This document shows positions 12,501 to 27,099 of a DNA stretch of 64,000 nt, in pieces; the first letter of the stretch is position 1, and each line of letters starts with the position of its first letter. The DNA is taken from the NCBI RefSeq assembly GCF_009914755.1, contig NC_060932.1; one strand, given 5' to 3'. The position numbers and the translations under genes were made by a program. The notes beneath the pieces were generated by a model that saw only the letters and a list, made by a program, of their open reading frames with translations, was not told where the DNA came from and did not search any database. The DNA comes from the human T2T-CHM13v2.0 reference genome, Homo sapiens.

Positions 12501-14089
12501 CAGTCAGAGACACTCCAACATTAAATTGCAAAGATACTGAATATATAATTCTATATCAGTGAGAGAATACAGATTGAGAAAAAGTAGACACTCTAACACA
12601 ATTAGTGTTATGTCTAGAAGTGAGAAAGCAATTCTGACTGAAAAATCCTCACTATTAATATCTGTTCCACCAAAACAAAAGTAAATTATAACATTAGAAC
12701 AGTTACTGAACATGAAACCACTTGGAAGTTCTAAAGAATCATTCAAATACCTATGTCTTAAAATTAAAAAAAAAAATGGATGGATAAAAGCATTGATTAT
12801 TACATCTACCAGTATATTTTAGTTTGAATAGAGATCTCTGGAAGTAACCAACGGAAAAAATATTTGCAAGAAAGCATTATGTATGATGCTAAATTGCTAA
12901 AGCCAACACCATTGATTTGTAATAAAATAAAATGGAAATTTGTCAGTTACTTAGTTTGGCTAATTATACTTATCAAACTTATATTAACTCCCTAATTCCT
13001 AAAGCTTTACTTCACTTACTATTGTGAAAACCCAAATGTGGCACATTCTATTTTAAAAGGCAGAGATAATTCACACTATGTCAAATAACTCTTTAAAGAA
13101 ATAGCCGAAGGTTATATTGACAGCAGAAAAATGAAGTGGAAAATTGGGATAATTACTTAGATAAGTCAAGTGAAAAATAATATTAACCCTTGCCCCAGTA
13201 ACTTGAAATACTAGACAATTAAAATGAATCCTAAAACAGCAGAACAAGTGTTTCAAATCTCTTAGCCAATTTCTAATAAGTTTATGCCAGAGTATATCAT
13301 GATTTAGAAAGAAAAATATATTCATAGTTTGTGGCACTATAGATCATGTATGCTAAACATGTTTTTCACTTGACTTTCCTACTTTGTTGCTATTGAATTG
13401 AGAATATTTTCCCAGTCAAAAGCTCCATGATTTTAACTGTTTCTAAATCTTTGAGTCTTAGAATATGCATATTTGAAGAAGTGACAGGATAGATTTGTTG
13501 TTATTAGATAAGGTTTAGAGACTGCCCTATTTTTATACGTTTGGACTTTGATAGTATATATCACACAAATAACTCTTTCTTAGCCTGAATTAATGAAGCA
13601 TACCACCACCTTTTAGACAACCCTGTCAAACTAGAATGTAGCTAGGAAATGCTGCTGACTCAGTATGGTAAAACTAATACAATTAGTAAGTTCTACCAAT
13701 GGAAACTGAAAGACCACTTCCTAGTCTTGTTTATTTAACAATAACAGCTAATGTACCTTGCATAATTAATAAATTCTAATATTGCAGTAGTTATTTTACA
13801 GGTATTATGTCTTTAAATCCCTGCAAAAATCTGATTAGCTAAATTTAATTACAGCCAGTATCCAGATAAAAAGTAGAAGGTTTAGAGATATTGATGCTTT
13901 GGCAAGATCCATTCCGTACATAAAGGTAAGAATGCAAATAGTGTCCATCTAGAACCTTAAATTCAATTCCATATTTTATGTAGTTTCTCATGTGTATAAC
14001 AGATGTTTGGAAGGAGCTAGATGACTCCACTAAAATTATGTGTTTTTTTTTTTAAATTTCATGTCTAGAATATTTAGAACATTTAGAAT

Positions 14090-14575
14090 GTGTCCTGAAA
14101 CAAGAAGTTGTGTGCTGGTGGTAGCTTATTTCGGAAGTGATCCTGGGAAGAATAATGGGAGAAATGGTACAGTGAGACAGAAGAAGAATGTCTAGGGAAA
14201 AAAAGTTATTTTATTAAACTCTCTGATGCTATGGATAGCTGGGACTCAATTCCATTGGGTATCATCCCAGGAGCCTTGTAGAATGTTCCTCACATGTGAA
14301 TCACCAAAGAATGGGAAGTCTAAGTCCTTTATCAAACACCCTTTTCCCTGGTTGAGGTTTACCTCTTTGGGCATTAACTACTCTGAACTAAGTTGACACT
14401 ATCTGTATTCTAAGTGTCATTTTATGTCTCTGGAGAAATCCCTGAGGTGCAAAACAAAGAGCTACCAGGGCACAAAGCTTGAGATATGATGCTGGTAATA
14501 TGCATGTCACTGACAACATTGGCTGGACTAGAAACAGATGAACTGAGGGTACCATATACATCTGCCATTGCCACA
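14090..14575 (-). mobile_element. ERVL LTR of the LTR33/LTR16 group
   Basis: gtagcttatttcggaagtgatcctgggaag...agtgagacag...gctgggactcaattccattggg matches the antisense ctcccaaataaactacttgcac-type LTR; ends ccaca. Confidence 0.5.
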
Positions 14576-14929
14576 CTCTCCAGACTCCCAGTGATGCCTC
14601 AGTGAACTCACAGAATCACTTTCAGGTATTTTACATTTTCAAGGGAATCACAGTGGCATCTGTTCGATATGACAAAAGCTACTTTCATGTATGTGTATTT
14701 TTTTCAAATAGCTACCAAGTTGTCAGGATATAAGCACTTATATTTACTGAGGTGCTTATTCACTACTTAATAAATGGAGCTGTTAGCTTTGTTTTTGGGT
14801 TTTTGGATTTTTTTGGCAAGGGGTGCAGTAGTGACATGAAAAATACTACTCAAATGCTAAGAGCACAATGGGCTGAGAAAATTTTCAGGACTTCTGAACT
14901 ATTGTATTTTTACCTGTTGCACACCACAC

Positions 14930-15301
14930 TGCAAAAGCAGGATGGACCCTCAGTTAAAAAATTGGTTTGGTAGTTGAGATTGATGATGTCACACAAACAC
15001 AAAGGGGGCATAAAACATCTTATTATTCACACAACAAGGTTTTCTAGGGAGACCAGGGAATCTCCAGTTAGGTCCAAAAATGGCTTGTGAGATCAAGGAA
15101 ATGATACTGGCTTGAGGTTTTTATGGTTGTTTGGGAAAAAAAATGAGTATTTCCAAACATGGCTTGAGTTTCCCATTTTTACCAAAGAAGGGAATACCTG
15201 GCTTTATTATCAGCCTGCCCAGATGTAGGACAGAAGGGGAAGATACATAAGGCTTAAAAGTTGTTATTAGTCAATTTTTTTGAGTCAGCCTCTTTGTTAC
15301 A
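14930..15301 (-). mobile_element. ERVL LTR remnant (LTR53-like, tentative)
   Basis: Antisense begins tgtaacaaagaggctgactc (TG start); ggtccaaaaatggcttg...ggcttgaggtttttatgg includes an antisense TATA-like cataaaaa. Confidence 0.45.
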
Positions 15302-15409
15302 TTACCTAAGTAAGTTGTTTTTATAATCTAATAAGACTCTAGGGTTTAATTTTAATATAGAATAAAGTAATGTCATGTATACATTTATATACATTTCACT
15401 TGGGCATCC

Positions 15410-16335
<926 letters not shown>

Positions 16336-17679
16336 AACACAGCTCTAGAGCTCCCAAGTTGGCAGTACTGAAAATGAAATCATCTTGAAAGAAAAAAAAG
16401 ATGCTATTCTGAGAGTGCAGAGGAAAATTGATTAAAATATAATGCATGTTTCAAAATGAAATATCAACACTGATGAGATTTCTAAAGACTATCCTTTATT
16501 TCTGTACTCATGAATCATCTAACGTATACTTCAGAAGGGATTTGGATGGATTGGTAAGGAAAGAGAAGTGATTTAACCTCAAAGATGAATTAATAAGTGT
16601 GTTTTCTATGTTCTTTTTTAAACTGTATTTATCTATCTATATAGAGGGAGCTTGAGTGCAAAATAACTACGGATAATATAGCTGGACTTTAATAGCCCAT
16701 GTCTGAAGACATTGACATTAATTATTAAAAAGGCCTATCAAAAAGTAAGAGATAATTTTTACTGATTTTAAGCTATTTAATTATTTAAAATGCTACAACA
16801 AGTTAAAAACTTAAAAGATTTCTAAAATACTTTGTTATACATTTTTAAACGTTTTTATTTTGAACTTTGGGGAGAATGAAAGAAAATATCATGCAATTAA
16901 ATTATATCTAAAAATGTTTGATATGAACATGAGATTGTGTATGAAAGCATAATTGATGAAAGACCTAACTTTGTTAGACACATAGATAAGACATTGACCA
17001 TCACTCTTGTAACATTAAATGGAATATGAATATTTATAAAAGGCCAAGTTTAAAAAATAGAGTTACATAAACTCTTTATTTCAGAAAACTTGGATAATTT
17101 ATAGATACAATTTTTTGAGAAAGGGAATCAATATGAAACCTTCTGAGCATTCTTACCTCATAATAATTTTGTAGATATGGTATATACATTCAAAGCATTT
17201 ACTAGGCTTAAATGTTTAAGGATTGGTTGATATCCATTGTATACTTAGCATAATGCTTTTTAAATTTCCTGACATAAAAACAGAAAAATGTATTTTTTTT
17301 AGATTCTCAGCATTCAGCATACAGTATGCCTAAGAAAAAAAAAAGCATGCCTAACAAAACATTCTTGTTATTTAGAATTTGCAAAAATATTTTACTTGTA
17401 ATACAGATTTACACTTTGACATGTGATTTAAAAAACATATAAGAGGTCTTGTAGTATAGATTTTAATTTCATCTTTCAAATGAAGGTATTAAGACTTAGG
17501 TCTGGGATCTCAAAACAAATTATTGGAGCATATTCCTTGTTTTGAACTTCTTTTTACAGTCACCAGTTAATGTGATGAATATGTTAGTTTTTCAACTGGA
17601 AAATTTTCTTTATATCAAATACCTATTAATTTTTTGAAGAATTTTTCTCTTTAATTTCATCAATCAACTGTAAAACAAT

Positions 17680-18400
17680 AGAAAGGAAAACAGAACTTCA
17701 AGATGCAGTTATGATGAAAATATTTTGGAAACTTTGGCAAGCATATAGGTGAGTAGTAACAGACTTAATAGGACTAGAAAATATCAAATCCTGAAGTGGA
17801 TATAAAGGATGATAAAAAAAATAGCCTGAACTCTAAAGCAGAATTCCCAAAAGACTAAGAAAATACCAGTACCTGGAATGAGAGAATGGAGATAACTAAA
17901 TAAGGATTGAAACTTGTTTAAGAAGTTTGATGCTAAGATTTCCTTCCAAACCCGTTTCACTGGTTAATTGCTCTTCCCCCAGAAAGCTGAAGATTTACTC
18001 ATTGGAGAGGGAAAAGCAGAAAATCTATCCACTGGGTGACCATAGCCAGAGTTGAGAACATGCATACAGTATCTAAAACAAGGGAATTTAGTAATTGTGA
18101 AAATACCATATGCTGACTGCAGAGAGTCCCTAACATTTTATGCTGAATGATAGGGACTCTCAGCATTCTAGAACCACTCTAGCATTCTTAGAACCATAGT
18201 CCCCAGCATGTGGTTCCAAGAACCCTGGGAACTAGTCCTTTGCCACCAAGGCAACATATTGAGAGCATCTTTACTGAGAAATCTGAGTAGCCCACAAAGA
18301 AAAACCAACAATTATCAACATCAGTAATTTTTCAAAAAAGAAATGGTCCAATAAATCATCTTCAGCAATGCCCAAATTCAAAATGAATCACTAACTCATT
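17680..18400 (+). mobile_element. Probable very old L1ME/HAL1-type 5' region
   Basis: gatgaaaatattttggaa...gagtagtaacagacttaataggac...aaatcctgaag and agaaagctgaagatttactcattggagagg resemble old L1ME 5'UTR. Confidence 0.35.
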
Positions 18401-18419
18401 CAGACTCAGATGAGGTTCT

Positions 18420-18670
18420 TTTAAAGACTTTTATGAGATGTCACAGTCAGAAAATTAATAGGGAAAAATTACCCTTAGCAAATATTCAATAAGAAAATAA
18501 AGAAAGTAGAGTTGGACAAAACGAGAAGTTGATCTCCAATGCACTCGTGTGACTGAGGTCTCAGCAAATAAACAGAAGCTATGTAGCTCAGATGGCCTTT
18601 CAGAGTTGCCTCCAACAAGGACGTAACACCATCTTGTACCCCTACACATCAGTCAGTACTGCTAATAAGG
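18420..18670 (-). mobile_element. LTR16-group ERVL LTR fragment
   Basis: gagaagttgatctccaatgca...gaggtctcagc...gaagctatgtagctcagatggcctttcagagttgcc is the antisense LTR16 core. Confidence 0.55.
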
Positions 18671-18689
18671 ATAGCTAATCCCCAAGTGT

Positions 18690-21250
18690 TTTTGAATATT
18701 TGTGAACAGATGATTTATCATGATATGACAGCAAATCAGGTGCAGTAGGTTAATTGGAGAGTTTGGCAAACCTATCCTGAGAGGAAAATTTGCCTTCATT
18801 CCACCTCCATCTGCAAATGGAATCCTCTTTTCCAAACAGGTGGAAGGCTATACATATAGGAGGTATTAGTCTGACTTCATGATGACTGTGGTTTAATGCA
18901 ATTGACAATCATGATGCTAGAAATAACAAAGAGGGGGCATGGCTTTTCTAATCTTGGTCATCGTATATAATTTTTATTTAGTAAGACAAGGATCTTTCCT
19001 ACCTGCTGCCTCAGGTAGAGTGCATATGGCCACACAATATCCAAAATATCAATACCAAATAAACAAAAGGGAGAGAAATACAGAGACATGAAAAAATGGC
19101 AAGTGGGAAACAAGGTACATCTCTTTAGATGGTTTTCAGAAATGTTTTATTTTAAAAAGAGAAGAAATTGATGGTGTTTGTGATAAGCAGTTATATAGTG
19201 CACAATCAAAATTTGGGGGGTGGGAGAGTCAATGCTACCAAAACCCCACCTGTTAAAGCAAAACAGTAAATTTACTCTCTCTCTTTTTCTTATCTGGAGG
19301 GAAATAGGGCTGAAGTTACTCCCTCACATAAAACCATGGAGTCTGAAAAAAAAATGGTTGAGAGGCTGCAATCTGCTAAAATGACAGCGATCTTAGTCTT
19401 CTTGCAATGATTTGGGTGAATAGCCTGCAAGTGATATGCAGAGCTACTTAACGATTGCGAGATGAAGGTGCTGTTCAGTGTACAGTAATCCTTAAGAAGA
19501 ATGGGGATGGTGATCGGAAAGGCTTGTATTTGAAACCGTTAGGGTTGGATACTCTGTAGGTGAGAGGAACAAAGTAGAAGTGAACATAGGAATTGGAATG
19601 TGTAACTAGAGATTTTATTTGGTGATTGTGTTACCTATACATGAATGTATAATTTGGATGAATATTATTTGTGATTGTGGCCTGTGGGCATTGCAGTTTT
19701 CATGTGGATATTTGTCCAAGTCCAAACATCACATAGTTTAAATTGGTCACACTGAGAGAGCCATTGGATTTGTCCTGGTTTTAGTAGTAAGCATCAAGCA
19801 ATTTCAGATTCCAGCAGGTCTTTAAGTGTTTATTAATCTGATCAAAGAAATTGTGATAATATTGATTCCTAATAATGTCCTGCCTGACCAGTGAATAAAG
19901 TAGATAGTTCCTAGATATTAAAATTAGACTATATTAAGGAAGGATATTCTTCTGTTTGTTTCAGCTAGTCTGGAAGTGATGAAAACTATGCAGGATGTAC
20001 AAAATACCAAGGGGGCTGGTACAACATTTTAAACCTTGCTAACACAATCTTTTCCAATTCAGTTTCAGAGTCCAGCCAGGTGCAATTTGCATCCTCACAG
20101 AATGTAGCCTAGTACATATTTACTGCGCTGCCATAGGGAAATTAGAGTTTGATGACATATTTTTATAATCTAATATGGTGCAGTCTAATAGAACTCTTTA
20201 TTATTATGAGAATGCTCAATGTCTGTACTCTCCAATAGGATAGCCAATAAGCACATCTGGCTATTGAATGTTTGAAATGTGATTAGTGGTACTGAGTAAC
20301 TAAATTTGTTTTGTTTAATTTTCATTAACTTAAATTTAAATAGCTATTTGTGTCAGGTGACTTCTATATTGAACAATGAAAATCTGGAGGTGTTCATAAC
20401 CACCAAGAGCATGTTAGTGTGCTATATTTGTAATAACATGTTAATTAACTCATCGAAGGAAGAAGCTCAAGAGATAAAGGACAATAATGACATATACAAC
20501 AAATACAGCCTGGTTGATAAATCCAGCTGACACTTAAGCCCTAGCCCAATTTTTGAATTTTTGAGAATTATATATAGTGGCATAAACAGAAAGAGTAATC
20601 AAACCATTAAAATAATTACCTCTAACAAACACTTTCAATAAATAAGTCCAGATAATATCAGAGATATTTGGATTTTGGCAAAAATTGTATTCTTTACTAA
20701 AAATTACTTTAGAACCTATTGACAATGTCAGAAAAATCTGATTTTTCAAGGAACTCTAAGCAGAAACATTTTTTTTTTAAAAAAAGAGAGTAGTACCAGA
20801 ATTAACTCACCTGGATCTTATGATTCTACAATTCAGATGAGATTTGTCATATATGCAGTAAGAAGATATGTAGACCAAAGTATTTTGCAGAAATTTAATA
20901 GGACTTCTTAAGGAGGGCTACTTGGTGTTCGACTTTTCTTCCTCAAGCAGCTGCTCATATGTTCCATATGAAAGAGAGTTGATGACTTCTAAACTGCCCC
21001 CACCATTGGAGAGCATCAGAGAACTCTCAAGACATATCGTCTTAGTATCAGAGAGATATTCGAGGAGGTGATGAAGCAAACTCATTCATAAAGTAGAAGT
21101 GGTACAGTCAAACACATTTTAAGGAGCTAATCTCATAGGTAGTCTACTGTATACATGAGTATACATTTCTCTGCTTATTGGGCCAGTAATAGGTTTATTT
21201 GAAAACTCTCTACCCCCATCACTCTGTGGCCTGCAATGTAAGCTATTGAT
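18690..21250 (+). mobile_element. Decayed ERVL-class (class III) endogenous retrovirus internal region: gag-pro-pol (RT and connection/RNase H-like)
   Basis: Manual translation gives motifs in retroviral order: TYPERK..KWN (18770), LFRW..REEIDGV (19121-19178), DEGAVQCTVI (19461), VIVLPIHECIIWMNI (~19622), VVSIKQFQIPAG (~19784), GWYNILNLANTIFS (20014), YIFTALP*G (20113), YICN (20423), AWLINPA (20508), FGFW (20667), YVPYEREL (20958), FIK*KWY (21085). Confidence 0.8.
20176..20380 (+). mobile_element. MER3 (hAT-Charlie DNA transposon)
   Basis: gtctaatagaactct...tccaataggatagcca...ggctattgaatgtttgaaatgtgattagt...actgagtaactaaattt...aaatttaaatagc...tattgaaca matches MER3. Confidence 0.85.
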
Positions 21251-21957
21251 TGCATAATTTCCCAAAGTAAGTTATTTATGCATTTTGAGCTTCAGTTCTG
21301 TGATGTTCAAAATAGCAAGAATAGAGCTTCCTTCCTGTTGTATTATTTAGTAAGGTACTATGTAGAAAAGTTCAAGCCTCTTATGGAGATGCTAGCAGAT
21401 AGTCAAGTAATTATTGCTCCTTTTTCTCTTTCTCTCATTTTAGTAAGCACACTGGTCTTAATTTCTGGCATCAAACACTATTCTGAGTCACTATACAAAG
21501 TGATGAAACCATTGAAACACATTTTCACCCCTATTTTATTCAATGAGGTTTTCATTTGAATGATTATTGCCCTTGTAAGATAAGTAGAATGCAAATTTTC
21601 AGCTTTGATGGAGAGGGAAAATATAACAACATTTTAATTAAGTATACTACACAATACAATGAGTGCCAAGAGCTATAAATAAGCACTTTATTAATTTACT
21701 TTATGCTCTATTCTTACTTTCTGAGAAATAAGTTTTAAAGAAAGAATATTACCTCTTTCAATACAAACTTTTGTTAGGTTGTTTTCTTAGAGAAATGTAG
21801 ACAGCCAATTAAAATAATTGCTTAATTTATTGCTGATTGAATGCTTTTCACTGAAAGTAGTATAAAATTCAGACAATAAAATTGATTTAAGAAAGATAAA
21901 ACCAGTCACTCCTCATATTTTAGATTTTTTATTATACATAAATCCAAACTTTAAAAA

Positions 21958-22015
21958 TAACAAACCTGCATTTTGTGCACATGTATCCCAGAACTTAAAG
22001 TATAATAATTATATG

Positions 22016-22058
<43 letters not shown>
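21958..22058 (+). mobile_element. Extremely 5'-truncated L1PA 3' tip followed by (AC)19 microsatellite
   Basis: taacaaacctgcattttgtgcacatgtatcccagaacttaaagtataataa, then a perfect (ac)n at 22021-22058. Confidence 0.85.
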
Positions 22059-22061
<3 letters not shown>

Positions 22062-22743
22062 AATGAAGTCTTCTTTATTCTTAAAAAAAAAGTACTGTGA
22101 ATTGTGTACATTATATTATTGATTAACAAGTGTTGGGAAAAAAGAATTACGAAGAGTACATGTCAGGTTTTTTCAGCTTTATTGGACTAACACTTATGGG
22201 CAAGAGACATTATAAAAGCAGTCTTTTAGCTAATTTTCAAAGATGAACCTCCTCTCCCCAACTAAGTTTCAAATCATTATGCTAAACAATCATAATGCTC
22301 AATATCATTTCAAACCAATATGAATATTTTGAGAGATTTCTAGAATATATATCCTTCTTTCCTTAGTCAATTAAATCTAATTTAGTTGTTACTCTACTAA
22401 TCCAGTAATCAGACTTAAGAACTCCTACATTAACATTTATGTGAAACTAGAAACAAGTGGAAATTACTTTCTTACAACAAGGAATTATACAGCAGGAATT
22501 ATACATCTTATTTGGAGCTTTGTCGTATTCAGAGGTCTTTTCTGATCCTCACAGAGATACTACTATTCCTGCTTTGTTTTATTTACATTAGACATTATTT
22601 CATTGGGAAGTTTTAGATTTATAGAAAAATTGAAAGAGTCCTCATATATTTTGCACCCTGGTTCCCCTATTATTAATATCTTATATCGGCATGATACATT
22701 GTCGCAATTAATAGACCAATATTAAAACATTATTTTGAACTGA

Positions 22744-23354
<611 letters not shown>

Positions 23355-25185
23355 TAGACTTTTTTCTTTTTGATTACCTTGACAGTTTTGAAGTATACTA
23401 GTCTGGTATTTTGTGGATTGCCCAATATAAACATGTTTTTCTCATAAAACTGAGGTTATGAGTTATTGGGAGGAAGATTATAGATGTAAAGTGTCATTTT
23501 CATTACATCATATCAAGTGTTATCTTGTAACAGTCTGCATTTCTTCTTGAAATGCCCCCTCTTCTTAAATAATTTATACTGTTTATTGACACATATTCAC
23601 TCTTTGTGCTATAGAAGTCTATGGGTTTTGACAAATGCATAATATCTTCTGTCCATCATTATGGTATCATATGGAATAATTTTACTGCTCTAAAAATGCC
23701 CTATTTCTCACTTATTACACTCCTCCACCACCACATTCCCCCACCTCTCAAGTCCCTAGCCACCACTGGCCAATTGACTGTCTCTTTACTTTTATATTTT
23801 CCAGAATGTCATATAATTGCAATTATGCAGCTTTTTCATACTGGCTTTTTTCACTTACCAATATGCATTTAAGTTCCCTTCATGTCTTTTCATGTCTCAA
23901 AAAAAGCTTTTTTGTTGCTGAATGATATTCCATTGTATGGTTGCCACACAGTTTACTCATTCAGTTAGTAAAGGACCACTTGGTTGGTTTCAGGTTTTGT
24001 AAATTATGAATAAAAGCGCTATAAGTATTTGTATGCAGATTGTTATATAAACATATAGTTTCAAATTAACTGGATAGATAACTATCAGCACAATTACTGA
24101 ATCCTACGATAAGACTATGTTTGGTTTTATAAAAGACTACAAGAGTGTTTTCCAAAATTACGACTGCAGCACTTTGCATTTTTACCAGCAACGAATGATA
24201 GTTCCTGTTGCTCCCCATCTTGCCTGCACTTGGCATTATTTATTTATTTTGATTTTAGCTATTCTATAGACTAGACGTATAGTAATGTCTTATTTTTATT
24301 TTAATTTGCATTCCCTGTGAACAAATTATGTTGAGGATCTTTTTATATAGTTCTTTGTCATCTGTATAATATCCTTGGTGTCTGTTCAAGACCTATGTAC
24401 AATTTTTATTCGGTTTGTTTTCTTATTGTTGAGTTTTAAAGGTTCTTTGTACATTTTTGGATCCAATTTTTATTTATCAGATATGTGTTTTGCAAATACT
24501 TTTCTCTTGTCAGTGGCCTGGCTTTTGATTCTCTTAACAATGTCCTTTGCAAACCAGAAGTTTTAATTTTAAGAAAGTTAAATTCATCCATTTTTTCTTT
24601 CATAGATCAAGCATTTTATACTCTATCTAGACAGGTATCAAGAAATTCAACATCATATAGATTTTCTCCTATGTTTTCTTCTAGAAGTTTTACAGTTTTG
24701 TTTTATATTTAGAACCGTGGTTTATTTATTGTGTGTGTGTGTGTGTGTGTGTGTGTGCATGTGTGTGTAAGCTGTGAATTCTAAGTCTAGATTCATTTGT
24801 CTGCATATGGATGTTCATTTGTCCCAGGACCATTTGCTAAAAAGATGATCATTTCCCCATTGAATCGCATTTGTCCCTTTGTCAAAAACGGAGTGATTAT
24901 ATTTGTGTCAGTCTATTTCTTAGCTTTCTATTCTGATTCACTAATTTTTGTGTCTCTTCTTTCTCCATACTGTATTTATTTATGTGTAGCTTTAGAAGTC
25001 TTGAAGCTAGGTAATGTCAGTTCTTCAACTTTGTTCTTCAGTATTGTGTTGGTTATTTTGGGTCTTTTTGGGTCTTTGGTATTCACACATAAACTTTAGA
25101 ATCAGTTTATTGAGATTCACAAAATATCTGTCTGGGATTTTGATTTTGATTGTGTTGTGATACAGCCAAAAAGAATTGACACACC

Positions 25186-25480
25186 GGCCGGGCGCGGAGG
25201 CTCACGCCTGTAATCCCAGCACTTTGGGAGGCTGAGACGGGCACATCACAATGTCAGGACATTGAGACCATCCTGGCCAACATGGTGAAACCCTGTCTCT
25301 ACTAAAAATACAAAAATTAGCTGGGCATGGTAGTGCTCACCTTTAATCCCAGCTACTAGCGAGGCTGAGGCAGGAGAATCGCTTGAACCAGGGAGTCGGA
25401 GGTTACAGTGTGCTTAGATCATGCCACAGCACTCCAGCCTGGTGACAGAGCAAGACTCCGTCTCAAAAAAAAAAAAAAAA
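25186..25480 (+). mobile_element. AluSc
   Basis: gagaccatcctggccaacatgg and the shortened agcctggtgacagag; TSD aaaaagaattgacacacc / aaaaagcattgatacacc (2 mismatches). Confidence 0.9.
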
Positions 25481-25671
25481 GCATTGATACACCAAAAATA
25501 TTTGTCTTCCAGTCCATGAATGCACTCTTTCTCCATGAGTTCAGCTCTTTCACTTTTTATCAGTTTTGTATTTTTCCCACACATAAATTCTATTCGTATT
25601 TAATGATGCTTATGCTTAAATATTACATATATTTGATACTATTATAAATGCCATTTGGTTTTAATTTCAAA

Positions 25672-27095
25672 ATAACCAAAACAGCAGGGTACTGGTACAA
25701 GAACAGACACACAGACCAATGGAACAGAATTGAGAACCCAGAAATAAGACCACACGTCTACATCTATCTGATCTTCAAACCTAACAAAAACAAGCAATGG
25801 GGAAAGAATTCCCTATTTAATAAAGGGTGTTGGGATAACTGGCTAGCCATATGCAGAAGATTGAAACTGGACCCCTTCCTTACACCATATGCAAAAATTA
25901 ACTCAAGGTACATTTTAAAGACTTCATTGTAAAACCCAACACTATAAAACTTTAGAAGACAATCTAGGCAATACCATTCAGGACATAGTCACCAGCAAAG
26001 ATTTCTTGATGAAGATGCCAAAAGCGATAGCAACAAAAACAAAAATTGACAAATGAGATCCAATTAAACTAAGGAGCTTCTGCACAGCAAAATAAACTAT
26101 CAAGAGTAACAGACAACCTATAGAATGGAAGAAAATTTTTGCAAATTATGCATCTGACAAAGGGCTAATATCAAGTGTCCATAAGGAACTTAAAAAAATT
26201 TACAAGAAAAAAACAACAACCCCATTAAAATGTGGGCAGAGGACATAAACAGGCACTTCTCAAAAGAAGACATACACATGACCCACAATCATATGAAAAA
26301 AAACTCAACATTACTAATCATTAGAGAAATGCAAATCAAAACCGCAATGAGATACCATGTCACAGCAGTCAGAATGGCTATTACTAAAAAGTCAAGAAAT
26401 AACAGATGCTGGTGAAGTTGTGGAGTAAAATGAAATGCTTATAAATTGTTGGTGGGGGTGTAAATTAGTTCAACCATTGTGGAAGACAGTGTGGCAATTC
26501 TTCAAAGACCTAAAGACAAAAACACTATTCAACTCAGAAATCTTATTATTGGGTATATATCTGCCAAAATATAAATATTTCTATTACAAAGACACATGTA
26601 CATGTATGCTCACTGCAGCACTATTCAGAATAGCAAAGACATGGGATCAACCTAAATGCCCATCAACTATAGACTGAATAAAGAAAATGTGGTACATATA
26701 TACCATGAAATATTATGTAGCCATAAAGAATGAGAGCATGTCCTTTGCAGGGACAGGAATGGAGCTAGAGGTCATTATCCTTAGCAAACTAACATAGGAA
26801 CAGAAAACCAAATACCACGTGTTTTCACTTATAAGTGGGAGCTAAATGATGAGAATTCATGGACACATAGAAAGGAACAACACACACACTGGGGCCCATC
26901 AGAGGGTGGAAGGTGGAAGGAAGAAGAGGGTCAGAAAAAATAACTCATGGGTACTAGGCTTAATACCTGGGTAATGAAATAATCTGTATGACAAACCCTC
27001 ATGACACACATTTACCTATGTAACAAACCTGCACATGTACTCCTGAACTTAAAATAAAAGTTAAAAACATAAGAAAGAAGGAAAACAAAAACAAT
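25672..27095 (+). mobile_element. 5'-truncated L1PA (about PA10-13): ORF2 C-terminus and 3'UTR
   Basis: ORF pieces [48 protein letters not shown] and CWWGCKLVQPLWKTVW are L1 ORF2p; 3'UTR ends cctgaacttaaaataaaagtt. Confidence 0.93.
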
Positions 27096-27099
27096 TTGT

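Noticed and set aside
20007-20022. ccaagggggctggt as a retroviral polypurine tract before a 3' LTR
   Set aside because: It translates in frame as part of RT (GWYNILNLAN), and pol continues downstream
20805-20814. Perfect minus-strand splice donor CCAG|GTGAGT
   Set aside because: Lies inside the ERV pol remnant, and I found no convincing upstream acceptor
18860-21105. APOBEC3-type G-to-A hypermutation of the ERVL remnant (several Trp codons read TAG/TGA; Asp to Asn changes)
   Set aside because: C-to-T stops (CAG to TAG at 20110 and 20134) are also present, so symmetric age-related decay explains it; a strand-bias test against a consensus would be needed
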